This document shows positions 33,306-42,654 of a stretch of DNA of 64,000 nt, piece by piece. The DNA comes from an uncultured delta proteobacterium (GTDB lineage: Bacteria; Desulfobacterota; Desulfomonilia; UBA1062): positions 96,001 to 160,000 of the forward strand of contig CAVVYZ010000002.1 of NCBI GenBank assembly GCA_963752595.1, given 5' to 3'. The position numbers were made by a program, and so were the translations under genes. The stretch's first letter is position 1. Each line of letters starts with the position of its first letter. The notes beneath the pieces are model-generated. The model worked only from the letters and a program-made list of their open reading frames with translations. It was not told the origin of the DNA and made no database searches.

Positions 33306-35006
33306 TCATAAAAGTTCCACGATCTCGCTTATCTTATTCATTTCCTGCCAGATGCTGATCCCCATGCTCCGGTGGTCGTTGAGAACCTTTCTGAGCATAT
33401 AGGGCTCTGTATTCGGGTTGACCGTAATGGCGCGCAGGACAACGATCTTTCTTGGAGCATATCTGGTGGATTCCAATCTGGTCCTGGACACGAAAGAGGT
33501 GTCATGCTCTCTGATGGTTTTATGAAGCTCAATATTAATGGTATTTATGATTTTATTGATATGAGAGATCTTTTCAACATTATCTCTGGGATCTTCCATG
33601 AGCTCGTCGAGCTTGAGTTTGAGCTCTTCGGGTACGAATCGGTAATTGATGATAAAAAGTTCGGGCTTGTTCAATAATTCGAAGAGCGGATCCTTCTCGA
33701 TAAGATCAACGAATGTTCTCTGCAGATCATTGGCATGGTTGAAGATCAGCTTGTATCCGTTTTTCCCTAAGATCTTGAGTGAGGCCCACGGCTTTAGGCA
33801 GGCAAAAGGCCGGGACCCTTCGATAGTAAACCTACCCTGATCGACAGACCCTTTCCTAATGATGTAATTCGACGTATGGTAGATGAGTTTCGAGTCCTTT
33901 ACGTCCTTGAAAAGACATATTCCCATACAGTTGGGAGCATAAAGGAGTTTGTGAGCATCAAGGGACACGGTGTCCGCCTTCTCGATACTTTTCATCATCT
34001 CCCTGCCTGAATCCATGATCAAAGCCCCGCCACCCCAGGCAGCGTCAACATGGAAATGGGCTCCTATTTCCTTTGCAATTTTAGACAGCTGCTCAAGGTC
34101 GTCAATATTACCCGTCTCCGTAGTTCCTGCAATACCAACGATGGAAACGAATTTTGTCGGTTTTCCTGCAGCTTTGTCTTCCTTGCGGGTCTTTTCAATA
34201 ATCTGAAGGAGTTTAGAGATATCTATCCTGTTCGTATGCGGGTGAACAGGGACATGGATGACCCCATTTTCTCCGATGCCGAGGATTGTTCCTGTCTTAC
34301 AGATCGAGTAATGGCCTCTTTTCGACACCAGGATCTTAGCCTGTCTGTATCCATAGTATTCCAATGCGCGGACAAGGCCTTCAAGGCGGATTCCCTTGAA
34401 GGCTTTCCCATCTGCAGGAAAAGCCTTTGCCATTGCCAGGGTCAGAGCGGTAAGATTCGCTAACGTGCCGTCCGAAGTAATGTTGCCCAAAGCAATATGA
34501 GGATTCTGGATGTTGGAATTATAGAACTCATCCGTATCCTGGTATATGAGCTTATGCATCCAGCAGAGGAATTCCCTTTCAACAAACGATGAGGCTTTGG
34601 CGCTCTCGATTTTCACCTGGTTCTGATTGAGGCTTACTGCGATCATTTCGAGGAGTATCATGAAATAGGGAATGGCACTCGTCATGTGCCCGATGTAATA
34701 GGGATTTGCGACTTTGACCGAATGCTTGATGACGTTATTCTTGATCTCGAACAGGACATCTTTGATCAGCTTCGGCTCCGAGGGCATGCTGATGTTGTCG
34801 AAGATCCGTGAAAGATCTTCCATGGAGATAGAGGAGTGGATGCCGCCTTTTTCTTTGAAAAAGTCATGGATCATATCCAGAAGATGAACGCCGAATTCAA
34901 CGAACCTGTCCGAGGAATCCGGCATGATGAAAAGCTTCTTCATATATTCGGTAGTGCTTGAAATCCTCTTGAAGTGTGCCTCGATGTCGAGCTTTAAAGA
35001 CTCCAT
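33306..35006 (-). CDS. panP: Group II PLP-dependent decarboxylase, PanP-type aspartate 1-decarboxylase
   Basis: IGHMTSAIPYF, LNQNQVKIE, GT.ANLTAL, RGHYS, GIAGTTETGNID, HVDAAWGG, DAHK (PLP Lys) and EGSRP. Confidence 0.78.
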   Translation of the reverse strand: MESLKLDIEAHFKRISSTTEYMKKLFIMPDSSDRFVEFGVHLLDMIHDFFKEKGGIHSSISMEDLSRIFDNISMPSEPKLIKDVLFEIKNNVIKHSVKVANPYYIGHMTSAIPYFMILLEMIAVSLNQNQVKIESAKASSFVEREFLCWMHKLIYQDTDEFYNSNIQNPHIALGNITSDGTLANLTALTLAMAKAFPADGKAFKGIRLEGLVRALEYYGYRQAKILVSKRGHYSICKTGTILGIGENGVIHVPVHPHTNRIDISKLLQIIEKTRKEDKAAGKPTKFVSIVGIAGTTETGNIDDLEQLSKIAKEIGAHFHVDAAWGGGALIMDSGREMMKSIEKADTVSLDAHKLLYAPNCMGICLFKDVKDSKLIYHTSNYIIRKGSVDQGRFTIEGSRPFACLKPWASLKILGKNGYKLIFNHANDLQRTFVDLIEKDPLFELLNKPELFIINYRFVPEELKLKLDELMEDPRDNVEKISHINKIINTINIELHKTIREHDTSFVSRTRLESTRYAPRKIVVLRAITVNPNTEPYMLRKVLNDHRSMGISIWQEMNKISEIVELL

Positions 35007-35091
35007 GGATAGCCCTTCCTTTTATTTTTCGCAACAAGTATATATATCATGTTTAATGAACCGGACAAAAGAAGAAAAAAGGCCCCAATGC

Positions 35092-35916
35092 ATGAGCAGT
35101 ACAACGCTTTTTCTCATTCCAACACCTATCGGCAATTTGAGGGATATAACATTACGAGCCCTCGATGTGCTGAAAGAGGTAGATCTGATAGCCTGTGAGG
35201 ACACCAGGCACACACGCAAGCTGCTGTCTGCATATGGGATCCACAAGCCGCTTGTTTCGTATGAGAGATTCAGCGAGATGAAAAAAATTTCTCTCATCAT
35301 AGAGGCCCTGGAGGCAGGGAAAAACGTTGCATTGGTGAGCGATGCGGGCACCCCGCTGATCAGCGATCCGGGATCTGTGCTCATATCCCACGTCCGTGAG
35401 AGAGGTTTACGGGTAGAAGCGCTTCCGGGCCCCAGTGCAGTAATCACAGCCGTGTCAGCATCCGGGTTCGGGGGTGGATTCCGGTTTATCGGATTTTTCC
35501 CGAGACAGAAGAGCGTTGCCGAGCGTGAGACGATCAGAATGGCTTTGTCCTCAGAGCATACTGTTTTTTACGAGTCTCCGCACAGGATAATGGCTACTTT
35601 GAAGCTCCTGGAAAAGAATGTAAACGACAGAACCATATGCCTGGCACGCGAGATATCAAAGATACATGAGGAGTACCTTGTCGGCCATGCAGGAGATCTG
35701 ATCGAGAAACTCAAGGACAAGAATCCGATCGGTGAGGTTACCGTGATCGTCAAAGGGTCGTCCCAAGAGGATTCGCTCGATGAAAGTGCATTGAAAGAAA
35801 GGGCAGTCTCCCTCATCAAGGCTGGCCACACAAAAAAAGATGTGCTTCGAGTGCTCTCCGAGGAAACAGGAATAGGAAGAAACAGAATTTATGAAATATT
35901 ACTCACATTGCAGTAA
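35092..35916 (+). CDS. rsmI: 16S rRNA C1402 2'-O-methyltransferase
   Basis: TPIGNLRDITLRA, ACEDTR, VSDAGTPLISDPG, YESPHR and REISKIHEE. Confidence 0.95.
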   Translation: MSSTTLFLIPTPIGNLRDITLRALDVLKEVDLIACEDTRHTRKLLSAYGIHKPLVSYERFSEMKKISLIIEALEAGKNVALVSDAGTPLISDPGSVLISHVRERGLRVEALPGPSAVITAVSASGFGGGFRFIGFFPRQKSVAERETIRMALSSEHTVFYESPHRIMATLKLLEKNVNDRTICLAREISKIHEEYLVGHAGDLIEKLKDKNPIGEVTVIVKGSSQEDSLDESALKERAVSLIKAGHTKKDVLRVLSEETGIGRNRIYEILLTLQ

Positions 35917-35940
35917 AGGTTTTTTTTTGCATGCCGATAA
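35914..35940 (+). promoter_or_regulatory. Sigma28 (FliA/SigD) promoter
   Basis: Exact consensus TAAA-N15-GCCGATAA, 32 nt upstream of ATG 35973. The spacer contains a T9 run. Confidence 0.8.
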
Positions 35941-35972
35941 AGGATTTGTAGAACTCCGGGAAGGGGAAACGT

Positions 35973-36236
35973 ATGAAAATAAATTCTGAAATATCGAATG
36001 TTATTAATCTGGTGAAGAAAGAGGAAGATTATCAGAAAAAGACAAGGGAGAAAGAGGAAAGCCAGGATAGGGTTACTGATATCGTATCCGTAGAGAATAG
36101 GGCAGCTTCCCGCTCCGATGTCGAGAATGTTGAGGAGGCCCGTGTATTGTTATCAGATGTTATGAAGGGAATGGAAAAATCTACATCATCCCCGCATAAC
36201 CTCAACCAATACAGGATTTCTCAGCTTATCAGTTAA
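35973..36236 (+). CDS. 87-aa protein whose C-terminal half resembles the flagellin C-terminal (D0) helix
   Basis: Purine-rich RBS and sigma28 promoter; ENRAASRSDVENVEEAR ... HNLNQYRISQLIS. Confidence 0.7.
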   Translation: MKINSEISNVINLVKKEEDYQKKTREKEESQDRVTDIVSVENRAASRSDVENVEEARVLLSDVMKGMEKSTSSPHNLNQYRISQLIS

Positions 36237-36318
36237 TATCTTGCCAAGTTAGATCCGGGGGAGAGACGAATCATGGATACTCTCCCCCATCCGTACTATT
36301 TCCACATCCGATCATCTC

Positions 36319-37407
36319 TTATTTGTGAGCGGATCCATCCGGCTGTTCTGGTGAATCCGTGCTTTTCGTCTCACCAAGATGCTTTATCCGGTTGAGATCC
36401 CGAGTTATTTCGGGCATGAGGACGCTTTCCATCTTTGGGGCCTTTTTGATGTACCGATAATAATCATCGCCGATATAAATGCCTGATAGTTCCTGCGTGA
36501 AATTTTTAGCGGCTATATCGGATATACTCAAGATTGCTAATTCCTTCATAGTGTCGGGAGAGATCTGTCCGACTTCCCGCAACGGCCAGAACAGGGGCCA
36601 GTGGTGCTGCGCAATAGCCTTGCTTAACTTGTCCGGCATTCTCCACTGTCTTGCCAGTATGCCGCCTAAGGCTGCATGATCAATGCCGTAGAATTCCGTT
36701 TCCTGTCTCAGCCTCTCCCTGGGATCAGAGGAAAAGCCTCCCTCTGGCTGAGAAAGGGATCTGGCCATTATGGTCTTGGCAATATCATGGAGCATTCCCA
36801 GGGTAACCATGGTACCTCCTGGTACACCAATCCTTGCCGTGCTTGACAGGTATGCTGCGATAGTGGATGTGAGATTCGCATGAATCCATTCTTCGCGAGT
36901 CGGCTTGATTCCGATTCTGGAAGCCCTTTCCTCCATAACGATCCTGTAGATTTCGTTGTATCCGAGAATAACTATGGCATTAAAAATGTTGTCAACTTTC
37001 TGATAAAGGCCATAATAAGGGGAATTCACACGCTTTAAAATAAAAGACGTGAGACCCTGGTCTGTTATGATGAGCTTGCTGATCTCTTTCGGATTGATAT
37101 CCGGGTCGTTGAGCTTTGACGAGAGCTCGGTAACCAGGGGTGATATCGATTCGATGCCGTTAATTACCTTTGCTATACGTTCCGGCACCTCTTTGGACAG
37201 CTCTCTATCAGGTTTCCAATCAAGGTTATATATATTCATGAATGCATCGTCGATATTATCGTTCGTTGATATGCTGACATAGTGAGCAGCTGATTTCTTT
37301 AACGGAGGGGAGGCCTTCTCTGCCATAAGCTTAACTGCAACGACAGCTGCAGTGATACATATGACCGCATAGAAAATTATCCAGAAAAGATGTCCCATTT
37401 CCATCAT
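36319..37407 (-). CDS. Membrane-anchored HDOD domain protein
   Basis: N-terminal TM; DQGLTSFILKRVNSPYYG, AIVILG, GMLHDIAK and GIDHA.LG..LA.QW..P...IAQHH. Confidence 0.85.
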   Translation of the reverse strand: MMEMGHLFWIIFYAVICITAAVVAVKLMAEKASPPLKKSAAHYVSISTNDNIDDAFMNIYNLDWKPDRELSKEVPERIAKVINGIESISPLVTELSSKLNDPDINPKEISKLIITDQGLTSFILKRVNSPYYGLYQKVDNIFNAIVILGYNEIYRIVMEERASRIGIKPTREEWIHANLTSTIAAYLSSTARIGVPGGTMVTLGMLHDIAKTIMARSLSQPEGGFSSDPRERLRQETEFYGIDHAALGGILARQWRMPDKLSKAIAQHHWPLFWPLREVGQISPDTMKELAILSISDIAAKNFTQELSGIYIGDDYYRYIKKAPKMESVLMPEITRDLNRIKHLGETKSTDSPEQPDGSAHK

Positions 37408-37413
37408 CTTAAC

Positions 37414-37440
37414 TTATCGGGAATATAAAAATCCCTCTTA
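37414..37440 (-). promoter_or_regulatory. Putative sigma28 promoter for the HDOD gene
   Basis: Minus strand TAAG-N15-CCCGATAA, ending 6 nt before ATG 37407. Confidence 0.5.
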
Positions 37441-37617
37441 AATATAATTTCTCACAGGTTCGCTATTGTCAATAAGGATCCAGGGTTTGATCAACGGAAG
37501 ATATCAAGGAACGGTTAGGGCAACCGGCTTTATTATGGAAATATCACCGAAGTATTTCAAGAGAAACATGGTGAAAGGGTGTAAAGAAAGCAACCCATAT
37601 TTCCGAATGATTCACTA

Positions 37618-38514
37618 GTGGAAGGAAAACTCTATCCAGATCAAAATAAAGAGCATGTCTTTAAGCTTCTTTCGAGGTGTAAGGACATACTCGACCTGCC
37701 TCCTGTCATGAAAGGCATCCTGGAAGTGACATCCGGGAAGAATTCCTCTGCTTCGAACCTCATTACCCTGATCGAAAAAGATCCTGTGCTGTCTACAGGT
37801 ATCATCACCATGGCAAATTCCCCATACTTCGGTTTTTCAAAAAAGGTAGCTGCTGCTTCCAATGCAGTAGCTCTATTAGGATTCAAAGAGATACGGAATC
37901 TTGCATTAAGCATATCCGTTGTTCGTTTATTCGATCAGAAAAGTTCGGATATTCTGGATAAGCTCTGGAGACACAGTTATGCCGTGGGTTTGGCTACCCG
38001 GATGGTTGCAGGATATTTCAAACTCAAGATCGAGGGGAGGTTCTTCGTGGCCGGGCTCCTCCATGACATCGGGAAGGTATTTCTCTGCGAATACCTCCCC
38101 GGGAAGTTCAGGGAAATGTTATCCATGCTGGAGAGGAATGACAGCAAGATCACCTATCATGCGCTGGAAAAAGCCTTTTTCGGAACATCCCATACCGATG
38201 TTGCAGTGAAGCTCCTTGAAACATGGAATTTTCCGCAAGATATCATGGATGCGATCTCATGGCATCATGAGCCATCACGGGCACAGTCGGATCGAGTCCT
38301 GGCTGCATGTGTCCATATGGCAGATCTGATCTGCACGTATAAATCCTTATCGCCTCTGGGTGATCGTCATTTCTTAAGCATTCAAAAGGAAATACTGCCT
38401 GTCCTTCAAGGATTGAGGGAAAACTTCTCTTCAGAAGACATAAGGATTCTCATGGGACAGCTCGATCTTGAGATAGACAGGCAAAGCGCATTTGTTTCAG
38501 CCTATAAGCGCTGA
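37618..38514 (+). CDS. HDOD domain protein
   Basis: LPP, DPVLS..I.MANSPYFG, AVALLG, LWRHS, AGLLHDIGK and SH..V...LL.W..P..I..HH. Confidence 0.9.
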   Translation: MEGKLYPDQNKEHVFKLLSRCKDILDLPPVMKGILEVTSGKNSSASNLITLIEKDPVLSTGIITMANSPYFGFSKKVAAASNAVALLGFKEIRNLALSISVVRLFDQKSSDILDKLWRHSYAVGLATRMVAGYFKLKIEGRFFVAGLLHDIGKVFLCEYLPGKFREMLSMLERNDSKITYHALEKAFFGTSHTDVAVKLLETWNFPQDIMDAISWHHEPSRAQSDRVLAACVHMADLICTYKSLSPLGDRHFLSIQKEILPVLQGLRENFSSEDIRILMGQLDLEIDRQSAFVSAYKR

Positions 38515-38554
38515 TCACAACACGCCCCTTTATACTTCTCAAAGCAAACGATCC

Positions 38555-39748
38555 CTAGGCAAGGAGTCTGCTCAGGAGCGTATACCCGTTCTCGACGAAT
38601 ATGCCGGATTGAGAGGCATCTTTTTCATTGAATCCCCAGTCGTTGTCCCTGGGACTTGTACTGTCATATATGACAAACGGCACCGGGTTTGAAGTATGCG
38701 TTTTCTTTGCTATGGGTGTGGGGTGATCGGGAAGCAGGAGAACCCTGAAAGGTTCAGACCGCTCTTCCATACTCGTCAAGATCTGCCCGACAACCATTTC
38801 GTCAAAACTCTCGATTGCCTGGATCTTCTCACGGATAAGGCCCGCATGCCCTGCTTCATCAGGGGCTTCCACATGCACGAATGCCATATCAAGATCCGAG
38901 AGTGACTTTAGCGCTGCCTGAGCTTTGCCCGAATAATCGGTATCTATCCAGCCGGTGGCGCCCGGGACTTTGATTACTTCCATACCCCTGAGAATGCCGA
39001 GGCCTTTCAGGAGGTCGACGGCAGATATCATACTCCCTGAAATGCCGTACTCTTTCTGCAACGTCGGGACCTTCAGTCCCTTTCCTTCACCCCATGGCCA
39101 TATGGATGTGGCCTCTTTCTTGCCCTGGCTCCTCCTGAGGAGATTGACAGGGTGATCCTTGAAGACTTCCATGGATCTCTCCATGAGGCCCTTTAACAGC
39201 TCATCATTCGGGAGAAATGGATCAATATACTCTCCGGTTATGTCGTGGGGAGGTTTTGTTTTCAGGTCCGGATTTCCGTATCCGTTCACTACCATAAGGT
39301 GCCGGTATTCTATCCCAGGATAGACGCTGATGCCCCGGTATTCGCGTACGATTCCCTTCAATGCCTCTATAAGCTCCCTGGCCTCCTTGGTCGATATATG
39401 GCCCGAAGAGTAATCTTCCATTATCAGGCCTTTCTCACGCCGGCCCAGTGTGACCAGGTTGATCCTGAAGGCGGTATCGTCTTCTTTCAAATGTACGCCC
39501 ATACTGGTCGCTTCGATGGGAGCCCTGCCGGTATAATAGAGGCTCGGGTCGAGCCCGAGGACAGACATATTCGCCACATCACTGCCGGGGGGAAATCCCG
39601 GCTTTACGGTACGGACCATCCCCAGCTCCCCGCGTGCAGCCAGTCTATCCATGTACGGGGTATTGGCAACATCGAGTGGAGTCCTGTTTCCAAGCTCTTC
39701 AATAGGCTCATCTGCCATTCCGTCACCGAGTAGTATAATGCTCTTCAA
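38555..39748 (-). CDS. apgM: Cofactor-independent phosphoglycerate mutase family (ApgM; proposed homoserine-kinase-like)
   Basis: GDGMAD, PGSDVANM, GRAPIEA, HVEAPDEAGH, LPDHPTP and TH; downstream of hom. Confidence 0.88.
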   Translation of the reverse strand: MKSIILLGDGMADEPIEELGNRTPLDVANTPYMDRLAARGELGMVRTVKPGFPPGSDVANMSVLGLDPSLYYTGRAPIEATSMGVHLKEDDTAFRINLVTLGRREKGLIMEDYSSGHISTKEARELIEALKGIVREYRGISVYPGIEYRHLMVVNGYGNPDLKTKPPHDITGEYIDPFLPNDELLKGLMERSMEVFKDHPVNLLRRSQGKKEATSIWPWGEGKGLKVPTLQKEYGISGSMISAVDLLKGLGILRGMEVIKVPGATGWIDTDYSGKAQAALKSLSDLDMAFVHVEAPDEAGHAGLIREKIQAIESFDEMVVGQILTSMEERSEPFRVLLLPDHPTPIAKKTHTSNPVPFVIYDSTSPRDNDWGFNEKDASQSGIFVENGYTLLSRLLA

Positions 39749-39841
39749 AATCTCTTCCTCCGCCCCAGGTAATAAGCCTAAACAATATCTTAAGGCTTTA
39801 ATACCTTTCCTGTGCCTGCTTTGCGGGCAGAAACAGGAGAT

Positions 39842-41164
39842 TTATGAATTTTTTTTCAGATTCCTGTCTTCAACCCTGATGACAACCGGTTTGCCCCCGA
39901 CTTCCTCAAGGGCTTCGACCTCTTTCATGGCGTTTCTGACGTTCGATTCTTTTGCCTCATGGGTGAGCAGGACGATAGAAACATGCCCGTCCATGAGCAC
40001 GCCCTTCTGAATAACGGAAACGATGCTGATGTCCCTGTTCCCGAGGATACCGGATATTTTTGCAAGGACCCTGGGTTTATCCTGTACCTGGATCCTCAGG
40101 TAGTAATTGGTAACAATGTCATCGATCGCCATATACCGCTTCGGTCTGGAAATATCTTTCCGGTAACCGAGGTGCGGAATCCTGCCTGCAATGCCTGCAA
40201 GGATGTTTCTGCCTATGTCGGCAATATCGCTCACTACAGCAGATGCAGTGGGCATCATGCCTGCTCCCCTGCCGTAGAAGAGGGTTGAATCAACGATATC
40301 TCCCCGTACATAGAAGGCGTTGAAAACGCCGTCCACCTTGGCAAGGAGGTAATTTAAGGGGACGAGGGTGGGATGGACCCGGGCCTCCACCTGGTCACCG
40401 CGATCAATGGTCAGGGCGAGCAGCTTCACCTTGTATCCAAGTTCGCGCGCATACCCTACATCGAGATTGTCAAGAGTGGAGATACCTTCAACATAAATGC
40501 CCGACATATCGGGCGGCACGCCATAGGCAAGGCTCGTGATGATAGCCAGCTTATGGGCGGAATCCACACCTTCCACATCCATGGTGGGATCGGCCTCTGC
40601 ATAGCCGAACTCCTGGGCTTTTTTCAAGGTATCCCCGAAAGAAGAACCTTTTTCGCTCATCTCGGTGAGGATGAAGTTGCAGGTACCATTAAGAATCCCA
40701 TAGATGAACTTGAAGTTGTTCGCAACGAGTGATTCTCTCAGGGCCTTGATGATGGGCACTCCTCCGCCCACTGACGCCTCGTAGTAGAGATCTTTTCCGT
40801 ACGTCTGCGCCGCGTCGAAGAGTTCTTTGCCCTTGGAAGCAAGTAGGGCCTTGTTCGCTGTCACGACGTGCTTGCCGGACTTCAGGGCACCCAGAATGAA
40901 TGTTCTGGCCGGTTCAATCCCGCCGATGAGTTCAACGACGATATCGATATCGGGATTAGTGATAATCGTGTTCGCATTCGTGGTGAGCAGTCCTTTGGGT
41001 ATGGCGATGCCCCGGTCTTTCTCGATGTCGATATCTGCAATGGCAGTCAATTCCAGGGAAAAGCCCAGACGCTCTTCGAGAAGGGCCGTATTCTCCAGAA
41101 TGGTCTTGGCTACACCGGTCCCGATGGTTCCCAGACCGATCATTCCTATTCTGATCTTATCCAT
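39842..41164 (-). CDS. hom: Homoserine dehydrogenase with ACT domain
   Basis: GLGTIG, VVTANKA, EASVGGGVP, GILNGT.NFIL, GYAEADP..DV.G.D.AHK and GRGAG..PTA. Confidence 0.96.
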   Translation of the reverse strand: MDKIRIGMIGLGTIGTGVAKTILENTALLEERLGFSLELTAIADIDIEKDRGIAIPKGLLTTNANTIITNPDIDIVVELIGGIEPARTFILGALKSGKHVVTANKALLASKGKELFDAAQTYGKDLYYEASVGGGVPIIKALRESLVANNFKFIYGILNGTCNFILTEMSEKGSSFGDTLKKAQEFGYAEADPTMDVEGVDSAHKLAIITSLAYGVPPDMSGIYVEGISTLDNLDVGYARELGYKVKLLALTIDRGDQVEARVHPTLVPLNYLLAKVDGVFNAFYVRGDIVDSTLFYGRGAGMMPTASAVVSDIADIGRNILAGIAGRIPHLGYRKDISRPKRYMAIDDIVTNYYLRIQVQDKPRVLAKISGILGNRDISIVSVIQKGVLMDGHVSIVLLTHEAKESNVRNAMKEVEALEEVGGKPVVIRVEDRNLKKNS

Positions 41165-41253
41165 ATATTCTCCTCTTGTGTCGCAAAGGAATCATTCCGG
41201 CAGCATTTTGACTGCCTGTGAAGCCCCCGTTTCATTGGAAAATGAGAGCCTCA

Positions 41254-42186
41254 TCATGCACCTTTGTCCTTCCCGCCAACGAAGGAACCGTTTTGTTCGC
41301 GTTCGTGACGAATCTCTTCAAGAATTTCCTTCGCCTTGTACGAACTTCTCACCAAAGGTCCTGAGATAACATAGCGGATACCTATGTTTTTCGCAAGATC
41401 TGAGAATCTCTGGAAATCCGATGGATGCCAATAACGCATAACCTGAACGTTCGATATCGTCGGCTGAAGGTACTGACCGATGGTGATGACGTCGCATCCT
41501 GAACGCTTCAGATCGCTCAGGAGCGAAGCGATCTCTTCTTCCTCCTCTCCCAAGCCGACCATAAATCCTGATTTTATTATGAGATCACGTGAATATTCGC
41601 GGGCAATACGGAGAACTTCCAGGTTTGTTTTCAGGCTTGCCTGGGGCCTGATGGCTCCATAGAGCCTGCCCACCGTCTCCACGTTATGGTTGAATACATC
41701 GGGCTTCTCGCTCAGCACCATTTCAACAAGGTCACGCCTTCCTGAAAAATCCGGGACCAGGACTTCAATTGTGGAGCCCGGCAGTTCCTTCCTGATTTCC
41801 CGGATCGCACGGGCAAAGGCTCCTGCTCCTTTATCCCGGAGGTCGTCCCTGCTCACCGAGGTGATGACAACGTGCTTGAGCCCCAAGGAAAGAGCTGTCC
41901 GGGCAACGGTTATGCCTTCATCCTCATCAGGCGGGGCAGGTATACCCTTTGAAACCGAGCAGAATCTGCACGACCTGGTGCAGACATTTCCCAGGATCAG
42001 GAAGGTAGCAGATGGCTTGGAAAAACACTCCGTAATATTCGGGCAGCGGGCCTCCTCGCAGACAGACGCGAGACGGCCGTTACGAAGCACTGATTTCACG
42101 GCATGCAGATCTTTAAGGGTGAGACTCTTCTTGGCCCACGAAGGAATCCTTCCCGTCTGTACTTCTTCCTTTAAAGCAATCTTCGC
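41254..42186 (-). CDS. lipA: Lipoyl synthase (start uncertain)
   Basis: CEEARCPNITEC, CTRSCRFC, HNVETV, GQYLQP and RSSY. The frame extends upstream through RIPSWAK. Confidence 0.93.
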   Translation of the reverse strand, partial: AKIALKEEVQTGRIPSWAKKSLTLKDLHAVKSVLRNGRLASVCEEARCPNITECFSKPSATFLILGNVCTRSCRFCSVSKGIPAPPDEDEGITVARTALSLGLKHVVITSVSRDDLRDKGAGAFARAIREIRKELPGSTIEVLVPDFSGRRDLVEMVLSEKPDVFNHNVETVGRLYGAIRPQASLKTNLEVLRIAREYSRDLIIKSGFMVGLGEEEEEIASLLSDLKRSGCDVITIGQYLQPTISNVQVMRYWHPSDFQRFSDLAKNIGIRYVISGPLVRSSYKAKEILEEIRHEREQNGSFVGGKDKGA

Positions 42187-42654
42187 TCAAGCCAGATTCC
42201 TTGCTATTTTATCCCTTGTCTTAAGGATATGCTCCGAGATAACGCCTACGTCTCCAAGAACAGGCATAAAATTGGTGTCACCGTTCCATCGGGGGACCAC
42301 ATGCATATGGAAGTGATCGGCAATTCCCGCCCCGGCCACGGTCCCGATATTACACCCGATGTTGAAACCGTCGGGCTTCATCGTCACGCGGATTGCAGAC
42401 ATGAGTTTTGTCACCAGACTCATCGTCTGCCGCAGTTCTTCATCGCTCATCTCGGCAAGATCTCCTACATGCCGGTAGGGCACTACCATGCAGTGACCGG
42501 TCGTATAAGGGAAACGGTTCATGATGGCATAACAGTCCCGTTCGTTCACAATGATAAGGGGATCATCGTTTTTGTGTGCCTCGCAGAGTATGCAGGAGGA
42601 CGTTTTCGGGCTTGCAATATATTCCATCCTCCAGGGAGCCCAGATGTCTTTCAT
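42187..42654 (-). CDS. HIT family nucleotide hydrolase
   Basis: WAPWRMEYI, CILC, GFNIG.N.G..AGAGI and HFHMHVVPRW.GD.NF; in frame with the upstream gene in this assembly. Confidence 0.88.
   Translation of the reverse strand: MKDIWAPWRMEYIASPKTSSCILCEAHKNDDPLIIVNERDCYAIMNRFPYTTGHCMVVPYRHVGDLAEMSDEELRQTMSLVTKLMSAIRVTMKPDGFNIGCNIGTVAGAGIADHFHMHVVPRWNGDTNFMPVLGDVGVISEHILKTRDKIARNLA

Noticed and set aside
38555-41164. hom-apgM linkage as a novelty
   Set aside because: This association is already known in thrB-lacking anaerobes.
42187-42189. Selenocysteine or readthrough at the TGA joining HIT and lipA in frame
   Set aside because: The TGA is not at a catalytic Cys position and there is no evident SECIS hairpin. 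An indel near an overlapping TTG start is simpler.
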